Positions 1 to 8,190 of a stretch of DNA of 63,665 nucleotides are shown here, piece after piece. The first letter of the stretch is position 1. Each line of letters opens with the position of its first letter. The DNA comes from a virus. Taxonomy: Duplodnaviria; Caudoviricetes. Location: positions 1 through 63,665 of the IMG/VR virus record IMGVR_UViG_3300032296_000732; one strand, 5' to 3'. The notes below the pieces were generated by a model. The model was not told the DNA's origin, made no database searches, and worked only from the letters and a program-made list of their open reading frames with translations. Position numbers and translations under genes: made by a program.

Positions 1-1
1 A

Positions 2-133
2 AGAAGGCATCAAGCCCGAGGCCATTGGCGGACATACAAGTCTGGCAAGCGTGGTTGGGTTAAAGAGTGTTGGCGAGGCGATGCCAGCAAAGGAACCGTC
101 TTTAAGGACTACAAAATTGAGGAGAAGAAATGA
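2..133 (+). CDS. partial phage hypothetical protein (C-terminus; probably the same gene as the partial ORF at 63537)
   Basis: Open frame RRHQARGHWRTYKSGKRGWVKECWRGDASKGTVFKDYKIEEKK*; stop overlaps the next ATG (ATGA). Confidence 0.6.
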   Translation, partial: RRHQARGHWRTYKSGKRGWVKECWRGDASKGTVFKDYKIEEKK

Positions 134-645
134 GAGACACGATAGACATCAAGAGTGAATCTGACTTGACCAAAGATATTTTGTTTGGCTTGTTTGATTG
201 TGTTGACGGAGTTCTTTATTGGAAAAAATCTCCAAGTAACAGCGTTAAGGCTGGCACGAAGGCTGGCAACAAAACAAATCAAGGCTACATACAAGTCAAG
301 ATCAACAGAAAATATTACAAGGAGCATCGTTTGATTTTTAAGATGTACAGCGGGTACTTTCCCAACGAGATAGACCACATCAACGGGGTTAGAGATGACA
401 ACAGAATGGAAAATTTACGTCCAGTAACACGCAGCGAAAATTTGGTGAACGGGAAAGTCAAGTGCGGAAACACATCTGGCGTCAAAAACGTAAGCTGGCA
501 TAAGCAGCACAAAAAGTGGCGAGTCACGTTGGGTATTGGTGGAAAAGTTAAACACATCTGTTACTCGAATGATCTTGAATCCGCAAAACTGGAGGCTGTA
601 AAAGCTCGCAACCAATACTTTGGAGAATTTGCAAATCATGGATAA
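130..645 (+). CDS. HNH homing endonuclease with C-terminal AP2-like DNA-binding domain
   Basis: HRLIF...IDHINGVRDDNRMENLR (HNH_3 type), then NTSGVKNVSW..KKWRV...A..ARNQYFGEFA (AP2-like). Confidence 0.9.
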   Translation: MRDTIDIKSESDLTKDILFGLFDCVDGVLYWKKSPSNSVKAGTKAGNKTNQGYIQVKINRKYYKEHRLIFKMYSGYFPNEIDHINGVRDDNRMENLRPVTRSENLVNGKVKCGNTSGVKNVSWHKQHKKWRVTLGIGGKVKHICYSNDLESAKLEAVKARNQYFGEFANHG

Positions 646-868
646 AACATTAGACATGGCCCGTCAAGCGGGTGTTCGTGATGATGGGCATCGCTTTGAG
701 TTTGACCTGCACGACCTTAAAAAGTTTGAAGAAATTGTTCGCGCGTACGCTATCGCCGAGGAGCGTGACGCCTGTGCTTATTGGGCGGGGATTGCACTAC
801 TTGGTGCTGATCGTGGGCTTGCCAATCGTGTTGACCAAGCCATCCGAGCAAGAGGAGAAACCAAATGA
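638..868 (+). CDS. phage hypothetical protein
   Basis: Coupled ORF; shares ER.ACA...AIRARG with the next gene. Confidence 0.65.
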   Translation: MDKTLDMARQAGVRDDGHRFEFDLHDLKKFEEIVRAYAIAEERDACAYWAGIALLGADRGLANRVDQAIRARGETK

Positions 869-1092
869 AAACCACGATAGACATGGCCCGTGAGACCAAG
901 ATGCCTTACGACTTTGCAACTGGTGAGCCAATCTACCTTGAAAAACTTAAAGCCTTTGAAGCCCTTGTTCGTGCTGATGAGCGTGAGGCGTGTGCAAAGG
1001 TGTGTGATAAGCGGTACATGGGCGATAACAACCGCGAAGACATGGAGGCAAAAGAATGCGCCACCGCCATCCGAGCAAGGGGGAACACATGA
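865..1092 (+). CDS. phage hypothetical protein (paralogue of 638..868)
   Basis: RBS GGAG, ATGA overlap; EREACAKVC...AIRARG. Confidence 0.7.
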   Translation: MKTTIDMARETKMPYDFATGEPIYLEKLKAFEALVRADEREACAKVCDKRYMGDNNREDMEAKECATAIRARGNT

Positions 1093-1472
1093 AAGACGAA
1101 GCATTGAAGCTGGCGCTGGAGGCGTTGGAAGCTGGTGATTGGTACATCGGACAACTTGAAGCAATTGTTTACCACGCTGATGATCTTGGCACACACGAAG
1201 ACCGAGCGAAGATGCAAGCCGCCATCACCGCCATCAAGCAAGCCCTTGCAGCACCTGTGCAGGAGCCTGTGGCGATGCCTGCGGATTGGTTTGCGGGGAT
1301 GTCAGAAGAATATCGAAAAAAGGCTTTTGGGATTGCAACCCCACACGCAGCACAGCGGCAATGGGTTGGGCTGACGGATGAGGAGAAACTGCACATTGAG
1401 ATCATGGGTGGCAAGTCAGATGTGATGCTGGCTGAGATGGTTGAAGTCAAATTAAAGGAGCGCAACGCATGA
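1089..1472 (+). CDS. phage hypothetical protein (modular AAPVQEP family)
   Basis: ATGA coupling; EALKLALEAL...AAPVQEPVA...WVGLTDEE. Confidence 0.7.
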   Translation: MKDEALKLALEALEAGDWYIGQLEAIVYHADDLGTHEDRAKMQAAITAIKQALAAPVQEPVAMPADWFAGMSEEYRKKAFGIATPHAAQRQWVGLTDEEKLHIEIMGGKSDVMLAEMVEVKLKERNA

Positions 1473-1936
1473 AAAATATAACTGTGTCGCGGGACAAAGT
1501 TGAGCAATGGCTTGAAGATTTGGAATATTCAAATTCAGATAAGAATGTAATTGCAGCCATCAAGCAAACCCTTGCAGCACCTGTGCAGGATCCGCTTGCT
1601 ACCAAAACGGAAAAAGGAATTGTTCTGCACGTTGGATGGGATGATTTGCCAGCAGGAACCAAGCTCTACACCGCCCCGCCCGTACAGCCAGCACCTGTGC
1701 AAGAACGTAACTTTTGCGAACGATGCGGTAAACGATTAGGCGACAACATTCACACTTGCACCCCACCCGCACAGCCAGCACCTGTGTATGTCAAGACGTT
1801 TCACGGCGGCAAGCCTTGGCCTTTGCATCCAGCACCTGTGCCTGATGCGTTTGGAACGCGAGAGGGTGAGCATCCGCAATACATCCAAGGCTGGAACGAC
1901 TGCCGCGCAGAAACTTTAAAGATGAGCAAGCCATGA
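1469..1936 (+). CDS. phage hypothetical protein (modular, small Cys motif)
   Basis: ATGA coupling, RBS AAGGAG; repeated PAPVQ linkers; FCERCG...HTC. Confidence 0.7.
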   Translation: MKNITVSRDKVEQWLEDLEYSNSDKNVIAAIKQTLAAPVQDPLATKTEKGIVLHVGWDDLPAGTKLYTAPPVQPAPVQERNFCERCGKRLGDNIHTCTPPAQPAPVYVKTFHGGKPWPLHPAPVPDAFGTREGEHPQYIQGWNDCRAETLKMSKP

Positions 1937-2145
1937 ACGCCGTCATCATCTGCGCCGTCTGCAACAAGCCGGTTGAAAAGCTGGTTTGGCATGACGACTT
2001 CAATACCCACGTCAGGCACATCACTGCTCACTGCCACGGCGACATGGACAGCATGGCATTGACCGCCGACTTTGTCATGGAGGCTGGCGGTGGCAAAAAC
2101 TTCATAGAGGGAACAGCTTTTCAAACAAAAAGGATCACCACATGA
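1933..2145 (+). CDS. hypothetical protein
   Basis: ATGA-coupled ORF, CxxC. Confidence 0.6.
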   Translation: MNAVIICAVCNKPVEKLVWHDDFNTHVRHITAHCHGDMDSMALTADFVMEAGGGKNFIEGTAFQTKRITT

Positions 2146-2351
2146 CTAAAGAAGAAGCCCTCGCAGCCATCAAGCTGCTGTCCGCGCTGGAGTCGTGGAG
2201 CTTCAGCTTAAAAGAGCGCACGCCAGACTACTTGCATGAAGACCTGCACGTCACGCTAGAAGTTCTGGAGCGCATCGTATTGGAGAAGCCACAAGAGAAG
2301 TACACCTACGGCACGCCACTGCTGGATGCCATGACCAAGGATAAACCATGA
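2142..2351 (+). CDS. hypothetical protein
   Basis: ATGA-coupled ORF with RBS AGGA. Confidence 0.65.
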   Translation: MTKEEALAAIKLLSALESWSFSLKERTPDYLHEDLHVTLEVLERIVLEKPQEKYTYGTPLLDAMTKDKP

Positions 2352-2512
2352 AGAAGATCAGCGAACGAAGCATGCGCCTGACCATCGCCATGATGCGCTC
2401 TATGGCGAACTGCAAACCCATCAGCCCGTTCCACTTGGAGGCATCCAAAGAGATGGAGGCCATGCTGGAAGAACTGCTGGACCTGCGTAAGAAACTCAAG
2501 GAGAAGAAGTGA
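2348..2512 (+). CDS. hypothetical protein, 54 aa (not in ORF track)
   Basis: MKKISERSMRLTIAMM...KEKK*; coupled at both ends, RBS AAGGA. Confidence 0.6.
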   Translation: MKKISERSMRLTIAMMRSMANCKPISPFHLEASKEMEAMLEELLDLRKKLKEKK

Positions 2513-2718
2513 AAAAAGACACCAAGGCGTGGGCCATCAAGCTCAGAGGCCGCAGCTTCTATCAAGACACCTACGGCATCCCCTTCCTTTACCCAACGCG
2601 CCTTGCTGCAATGGAGCGGGTCGAGAAGATTGCAGACTTGAAGAATAGAAACCCAGCCAACGTAAGCCCATCAACCAAAGTAGTCCGCGTCAGAGTACGC
2701 ATAGAGGAGATCGAATGA
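2509..2718 (+). CDS. hypothetical protein
   Basis: GTGA coupling, RBS GGAG. Confidence 0.6.
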   Translation: MKKDTKAWAIKLRGRSFYQDTYGIPFLYPTRLAAMERVEKIADLKNRNPANVSPSTKVVRVRVRIEEIE

Positions 2719-2984
2719 CCGAAGAAGAACTGAAGACCAAGATGCTGTCTTTTATTGCGCAGCAGGACAACACATACAACGACGAGTGGTACTGCACTGC
2801 GCATGAAATGTACTCCGGCATCATGAGGCAGTTTGCCGCACATGCTGGCTTCGAACTTCTTGTGCCGCCCAAAGAAGCAGAGCCACCCAAGATTGGCCGA
2901 GCAGAGATGCTGCAAGAGTTGCTGCCAGAGATTCAGAAAATGTTTGGAACCGAGTACGCCAAAGACGCCAAGGAGAAGCCATGA
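2715..2984 (+). CDS. hypothetical protein
   Basis: ATGA coupling, RBS GAGGAG. Confidence 0.6.
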   Translation: MTEEELKTKMLSFIAQQDNTYNDEWYCTAHEMYSGIMRQFAAHAGFELLVPPKEAEPPKIGRAEMLQELLPEIQKMFGTEYAKDAKEKP

Positions 2985-3172
2985 TCGACGTATACCCAAC
3001 CCGCATAGAGGCCGTAGACGAGGACAATAACGTCCTGTTTATCCTTCATCTGGAGGATGGTGGATGCTGCACTATGCACATCAAAAGTCCGATCCTGTTG
3101 GACCAATCCAACTTAGAAAAAGTCCTGACCGCCATTCGCCGTGGCGTTCAGATTCTTGGAATAGAGGACTGA
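2981..3172 (+). CDS. hypothetical protein
   Basis: ATGA coupling, RBS AAGGAG. Confidence 0.6.
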   Translation: MIDVYPTRIEAVDEDNNVLFILHLEDGGCCTMHIKSPILLDQSNLEKVLTAIRRGVQILGIED

Positions 3173-3173
3173 C

Positions 3174-3593
3174 ATGAGCGACCAAAAGAACTGGGACGCC
3201 GCGCTCATCAAAACGTGGCGACTGGCAGGCAACATCGGTGATGTTTACATCCTGTTCAAGGCTCTGTCAGGCAAAAGGTCCGACGAGTGCGATCCACCAC
3301 TCAAACGTATGCCAGACCCCGGCATACCTTGGAAAGTTGGTGTGCGAGTCTTTGTGGCAAATAACCTGTCCAAGATCAGCGCACGGTTATGGGATCAGCC
3401 GCCAGAGAAAGATATCTTGCTTCTGCGCAAGCTGGAGACAAGCTCTTACGACACCGAGAAAGAAAAGATGCACGTTGACAAAGAGCTTGCAAGAGAGCAA
3501 AAGATGCTCAAGCAAAACAGAGAGAGAAGAACATTAACCAGCACACGCATATCAGACCGAAACAAAGCTACAGATTGGAACGTAACAAAATGA
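3174..3593 (+). CDS. hypothetical protein
   Basis: 139-aa ORF with RBS GAGGA. Confidence 0.65.
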   Translation: MSDQKNWDAALIKTWRLAGNIGDVYILFKALSGKRSDECDPPLKRMPDPGIPWKVGVRVFVANNLSKISARLWDQPPEKDILLLRKLETSSYDTEKEKMHVDKELAREQKMLKQNRERRTLTSTRISDRNKATDWNVTK

Positions 3594-3847
3594 AATGCAA
3601 CTGCCATCCCGACACTCCCTTTCTTTGGAAGCACACTACACGGCCCAGCATCTTCATCAGAGACATCGCCTTTCGCGTTAAGGGTATCGTTGTCACTGAA
3701 GCTGGGTCTTACTTTGCCGAAGAGTCAGATACCCAGAAGAAAACAAAGGACGCAAAAGAGAAAGAGCTTACCGCCTACAAACAGTTTGGCGTTTACCTCA
3801 GAGCAAATCCCAACATCAAACCATCTTTGAACAAGCACGAGAAATGA
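3590..3847 (+). CDS. hypothetical protein
   Basis: ATGA-coupled start MKCNCHPD. Confidence 0.6.
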   Translation: MKCNCHPDTPFLWKHTTRPSIFIRDIAFRVKGIVVTEAGSYFAEESDTQKKTKDAKEKELTAYKQFGVYLRANPNIKPSLNKHEK

Positions 3848-4029
3848 AATGCCCCGTATGTAACTCATGGACGAGCACCTTGGAGACAAGAACAAATGAA
3901 AAAGAGAACATGATTAAGAGAAGAAAAGAATGTGGCAATCAACACAGATTCACGACCGAGGAGAAAATAGTTGTATCGAAACCAAAAACTGTTAGAAGCA
4001 GTCAGAGCCAGTCCATGTCAGGTCTGTGA
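3844..4029 (+). CDS. NrdR-N-like zinc-ribbon protein
   Basis: MKCPVC...TLETR...RRKECGNQHRFTTEE. Confidence 0.7.
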   Translation: MKCPVCNSWTSTLETRTNEKENMIKRRKECGNQHRFTTEEKIVVSKPKTVRSSQSQSMSGL

Positions 4030-4255
4030 GGCCAGTGATGGCACGGTGGTTGCCGCACACTCCAACCAGCTGCGTGACGGCAAAGGCAGGGGTCTCAAGG
4101 CCCATGACTACCGCATAGCAGCTATGTGCTTTCGCTGCCACATGGAGCTTGATCAAGGCACCTCAATGTCCAAGCAAGAACGCCATGACCAGTGGGACGA
4201 AGCGCACCGCAGAACAATTGGCTGGCTTTTTGACAACAACATCTTAAAACTATGA
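3971..4255 (+). CDS. DUF1364/YbcO-like putative His-Me nuclease
   Basis: CQVC...VVAAHSN...GKGRGLKAHD...AMCFRCH.ELD; TTG start. Confidence 0.7.
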   Translation: MYRNQKLLEAVRASPCQVCEASDGTVVAAHSNQLRDGKGRGLKAHDYRIAAMCFRCHMELDQGTSMSKQERHDQWDEAHRRTIGWLFDNNILKL

Positions 4256-5043
4256 ACCCGTACAAAATCAGTGAACCAACGTGCATCAGCTTTTCGGGCG
4301 GCAGAACGTCTGCTTATATGCTTTACAAGGTGTTGGAAGCCAACGACATGAAGCTGCCAGAAGAAGCGATTGTCTGCTTTGCCAACACGGGGAAAGAGGA
4401 TGAGGCTACGCTGCGGTTTGTGCATGACTGCCAACAAAACTGGTCGGTGCCGATTGTTTGGTTAGAGTATCAGCGTGAAGAGCTTGGCTACAAAGTCGTG
4501 AACTTTGAAACAGCTAGCCGCAACGGTGAGCCTTTTGAGGCGTTGATTAAAAAGAAAAACTACCTGCCAAATCCTATTGCTAGGTTTTGCACCGAAGAAC
4601 TCAAGGTCAAAGCCATCAATAAGTATTTGCGTGATGAGGGGATTGATGCCTCTACGATGGTTGGCATCCGTGCCGATGAACCAAGGCGCATCAGTAAGCT
4701 GCGTGCGCGGGGTCTGCTTGTCCCGCTCTTTGATGCTGGCGTCACGCAAGATGCTGTGCAAACATTCTGGAAAGCGCAGCCATTCAATCTGGGCTTGCCA
4801 TTTCAAAATAACGTCACGCCCTTGGGCAACTGTGATCTGTGTTTTCTCAAAGGCCCGCAGCAAATCATGGGTCTGATCAAAGATAATCCAGATCGTGCGG
4901 TTTGGTGGGCCAAGATGGAGGGGGTTATTGGTGCTACTTTTAGATCAGACCGACCCGGCTACTCTGAGATGCACAAATACCTCAACGCTCAGTCAGATAT
5001 GTTCGACAGCCAAGGCGGCATCGAATGCTTTTGTGGAGAGTAA
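4252..5043 (+). CDS. PAPS-reductase-family (PP-loop) protein
   Basis: ISFSGGRTS PP-loop, FANTGKE, RFCT.ELK, GIRADE, GNCDLCFLK. Confidence 0.8.
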   Translation: MNPYKISEPTCISFSGGRTSAYMLYKVLEANDMKLPEEAIVCFANTGKEDEATLRFVHDCQQNWSVPIVWLEYQREELGYKVVNFETASRNGEPFEALIKKKNYLPNPIARFCTEELKVKAINKYLRDEGIDASTMVGIRADEPRRISKLRARGLLVPLFDAGVTQDAVQTFWKAQPFNLGLPFQNNVTPLGNCDLCFLKGPQQIMGLIKDNPDRAVWWAKMEGVIGATFRSDRPGYSEMHKYLNAQSDMFDSQGGIECFCGE

Positions 5044-5062
5044 CAGCTGTTACACTGAGAAA

Positions 5063-5337
5063 GTTGGTGGTTAAGCCTTCTCATACACTACGCGGGTGTT
5101 TGTATGAGACTGGTCGGACTGGGGGTTCTCGGTTGCCACCAACAACCAAGACGCATGGGGATTGAGGCACAGGCCCGTAGATTACATTCTGCGAATGCCG
5201 GTCAGGTTAAGAGCGTGAATGCCTGCTCTCTGGCTACAGTCCCCAGCCGTGTTGGTGGTACAACGGGTTAGCGCCGTTGAATGGCCTTTCGGTTGTTGAA
5301 GATACCCACTGCTTTATGTGAGCCACCAATTTTTTTT
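5063..5337 (+). ncRNA. candidate cassette of three structured RNA elements
   Basis: Closing stems GTTGGTGG/CCACCAAC (5063/5136), ACCAAGACG+TGGGGATTG/CAGTCCCCA+CGTGTTGGT (5145-5256), TTGGTGG/CCACCAA (5252/5323) followed by a T-run. Confidence 0.45.
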
Positions 5338-5345
5338 GAAAGTAG

Positions 5346-5376
5346 TTGACACGGCCCCAAAAGTTGTGTTTATAAT
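5346..5376 (+). promoter_or_regulatory. sigma70-type promoter
   Basis: Perfect TTGACA (5346) and TATAAT (5371), 19-nt spacer. Confidence 0.65.
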
Positions 5377-5380
5377 CATC

Positions 5381-5507
5381 CCAGCTAGGTGTGAGAACCA
5401 AGGCAGGTAAAGAGTCGTTAGTGAAATCCCGACCCCGAATGGGGTAGCGCGTCAGCCCACAAAGCTGAGGTGTTTTCTCACCGGGGTTTCACTAACGGCT
5501 TTTTTTT
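5381..5507 (+). ncRNA. c4/CI-like antisense RNA with upstream target boxes and intrinsic terminator
   Basis: 18-bp stem 5414-5431/5482-5499 plus T8; inner hairpins; AGCTG (5463) and TTCTCAC (5475) complementary to upstream CAGCT (5382) and GTGAGAA (5391). Confidence 0.6.
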
Positions 5508-5838
5508 GCCCCAAACGATCTCCACGCCCAGCCGTACTCCGCACGATAGCAAGCACTTGAATCGGTGGCGCGGAAGAAAAGACACGGCATACTCGACACC
5601 CCGGTTTGCCGTACCAGCCTGTCAGCGAGGGACTGGTGTAGTCGTCAGGACAAGGGTGGAATAACCAAGCCTGACGATGAATGAATCGCTGCCTCCGGGG
5701 GACTGGGATCGGGCTTCACGCTTGGTCTGGGTCGGGGTCTAATCCACCCCTTGGGGAAACTAGAGGCGTAAAATGCAACAGATGAATTGTTGCGAGGTCA
5801 TGTGTGATATAGGTAAACCCTAACAAACAACAGGAGAA

Positions 5839-6654
5839 TTGATGAAAAAACTTAATCTTGCGGTCATTCGGATCGATGGTGACACCCAAGCGAGGGAGGC
5901 ACTCTCTCAGGAAAAGGTCAACGAATACGCTGAGTTGATGAAGGACGGGGCAGTGTTCCCCGCCATCGAGGTGTTCTTTGATGGCAGCGAATACTGGCTT
6001 GCTGATGGATTTCACCGTTACTTTGCTACGAAAGCCAACGGGGTTGTGAGCATTGAGGCGAATGTGCATACGGGTACTCTTGAAGAGGCGCAGCTCTATG
6101 CTTGCGGGGCCAACAAGGGTCGCGGCCTTGAGATGTCTTGGAAAGATATCCGTCACGTTGTCATGCGGATGCTGCGTCACGTTACATGGGGCAAGTGGAC
6201 GAATGCAGAGATTGCCCGCCATGTGGGGTGCTCAAAGATGACTGTCGGGCGCGTTAAGGCATCGATGGAGCAGCCGCAAGAAGAGACAAAAGAAGAGACA
6301 AAGAAAACGTACCGCAACAAGCATGGGCAAGAGAAGACGATTGAGACAAAGAATCTCGGGCGCAAAAAGGCAGAGGAAGAGGTTGATGAGGATCATCGCG
6401 TAGTTGAGCTGACCGATACCGTAAACGACCTGAGTAATGAGAATCAGGCGCTGCGCGACAAGATAGCGATTGGTCAATGGGATGCCAGCGACATTGAGAA
6501 GATCGATGTGCAAGACACCATCGCTGAACTGCGAGAGCAGATTCGGGTGCTGGAGATTGACAACAAGGCGCTGCGTGAGTCACGCGATATGTTTCAGACC
6601 CGGAATGCAGAACTCATGCGAACAGTCAAAGCGTTGCAAAACAAACTGAAATAA
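5839..6654 (+). CDS. ParB/Srx-like N-terminal domain protein with HTH and coiled coil
   Basis: FPAIEVF...LADGFHRYFA (ParB GxxR), EIARHVGCSKMTVGRV HTH; RBS GGAG. Confidence 0.8.
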   Translation: MMKKLNLAVIRIDGDTQAREALSQEKVNEYAELMKDGAVFPAIEVFFDGSEYWLADGFHRYFATKANGVVSIEANVHTGTLEEAQLYACGANKGRGLEMSWKDIRHVVMRMLRHVTWGKWTNAEIARHVGCSKMTVGRVKASMEQPQEETKEETKKTYRNKHGQEKTIETKNLGRKKAEEEVDEDHRVVELTDTVNDLSNENQALRDKIAIGQWDASDIEKIDVQDTIAELREQIRVLEIDNKALRESRDMFQTRNAELMRTVKALQNKLK

Positions 6655-6702
6655 GGGGCACTGTCCCGACCCACACCAGAGGGCTTCTGGAAGGAAAAGA
6701 TC

Positions 6703-8190
6703 ATGGAATTAAATCTGAGGCCGCATCAGATGGAAGTCATAGATGCGTTGAGAGAAGGTTTTAAACAGGGCCACAAGAGCCAGCTGCTGTACGCCCCCAC
6801 GGGGTTTGGCAAGACCGAGGTAGCAATTGCCTTGATGAAGGCCACAGCAGACAAGTTTAAGCGTGCGGCTATCGTGCTGGACAGGCTTGTGTTGGTAGAT
6901 CAAACCAGCATGAGGCTGTCCAAGTATGGTCTAGAGCATGGCGTGTATCAGTCAGGCCATTGGAAATTCAACAGATCAGAGAGGCTGCAAGTCTGCTCCG
7001 CGCAGACACTGGAGAGTCGGGATGACTTTCCTGCGGTCGATTTGCTGATTGTTGATGAGTGCCACATTGCCCGAAAGCAAACCACCGAGTTCATCAAGGC
7101 CAACCCCGAAATCAAAGTGGTGGGCCTGACCGCTACGCCTTTTACAAAAGGGCTAGGCAACATCTACGAAAACGTGGTGTGTGGTGCAACCAACGGCTGG
7201 CTTGTCGATAACAACTGGCTAACCCCTTTGCGGGTGTATATCGCAAAAGAGATAGACATGACCGGGGCCAAGAAGATCGGCGGGGAGTGGAGTCAGGATA
7301 TCGCCACCAAACGCGGTATGCAGATCACCGGGGACATTGTCGAAGAGTGGATTAAGAAGACGCACGAGATTTATGGAAGACCGCGCAAGACGATTGTCTT
7401 TTGTGCGGGTGTAGCCCACGGCGCTGACCTTGTCCAGCAGTTTGCCGAGAAGGGATACAACTTCATCTCCATATCCTACAAGGATGATGATGAGTTCAAG
7501 CGTCAGGCGATTGAAGACTTTGCCAAGCCCGACACCGAGATCAACGGCTTGATTGCCACCGACATTCTGACAAGGGGCTTTGATGTACCTGATGTGATGA
7601 TCGGTGTATCAGCAAGGCCGTTCTCTAAATCCTTGTCGAGTCATGTGCAGCAGATGGGGCGAGTCATGCGCCCATGTGATGGTAAAGAGTTTGCGCTCTG
7701 GCTTGATCACTCGGGTAACTATCTGCGGTTCAGGTCTGATTGGGATGACCTGTATGTGGACGGCGTATCTGATCTTGATACCAAGGTGGAGAAGCCCAAG
7801 AAAGAGCCAACAGACTTGGAGAAAACAGAATCCAAGTGTCCTGCTTGCGGGCATCTTTGGCACGCCAATCAGGATGCTTGTCCGGCCTGCGGTCATGTGC
7901 GGCAAAGGCGCAATGAAATCGCATCGGTTGCGGGGCAGCTGGTTGAGCTGACAAACGGCGCTCGGGCGCACAAGGATGACAAGCAGAAGTTTTATTCTGA
8001 ATTGATTTACTTTGCAAAGCAGCGCAACTACAACCCAAACTGGGCGGGGCATAAGTTCAAAGAGAGGTTCGGGATGTGGCCCAAAGGATTGAACGAGCTG
8101 CCATCTTTCACAAGTCTCGAAACCGCGAAGTGGATTCAAAGCCGCAACATCGCATGGGCAAGATCAAAGAGGTCAAAAAATGCAGTTTGA
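6703..8190 (+). CDS. SF2 DEAD/H helicase with zinc finger
   Basis: APTGFGKT, DECH, TATP, QQMGRVMR, CPACG..CPACG. Confidence 0.92.
   Translation: MELNLRPHQMEVIDALREGFKQGHKSQLLYAPTGFGKTEVAIALMKATADKFKRAAIVLDRLVLVDQTSMRLSKYGLEHGVYQSGHWKFNRSERLQVCSAQTLESRDDFPAVDLLIVDECHIARKQTTEFIKANPEIKVVGLTATPFTKGLGNIYENVVCGATNGWLVDNNWLTPLRVYIAKEIDMTGAKKIGGEWSQDIATKRGMQITGDIVEEWIKKTHEIYGRPRKTIVFCAGVAHGADLVQQFAEKGYNFISISYKDDDEFKRQAIEDFAKPDTEINGLIATDILTRGFDVPDVMIGVSARPFSKSLSSHVQQMGRVMRPCDGKEFALWLDHSGNYLRFRSDWDDLYVDGVSDLDTKVEKPKKEPTDLEKTESKCPACGHLWHANQDACPACGHVRQRRNEIASVAGQLVELTNGARAHKDDKQKFYSELIYFAKQRNYNPNWAGHKFKERFGMWPKGLNELPSFTSLETAKWIQSRNIAWARSKRSKNAV

Noticed and set aside
5063-5143. tRNA gene
   Set aside because: Has TGGTTAAG, GGTTC and a CCA-like end but no canonical cloverleaf or anticodon arm
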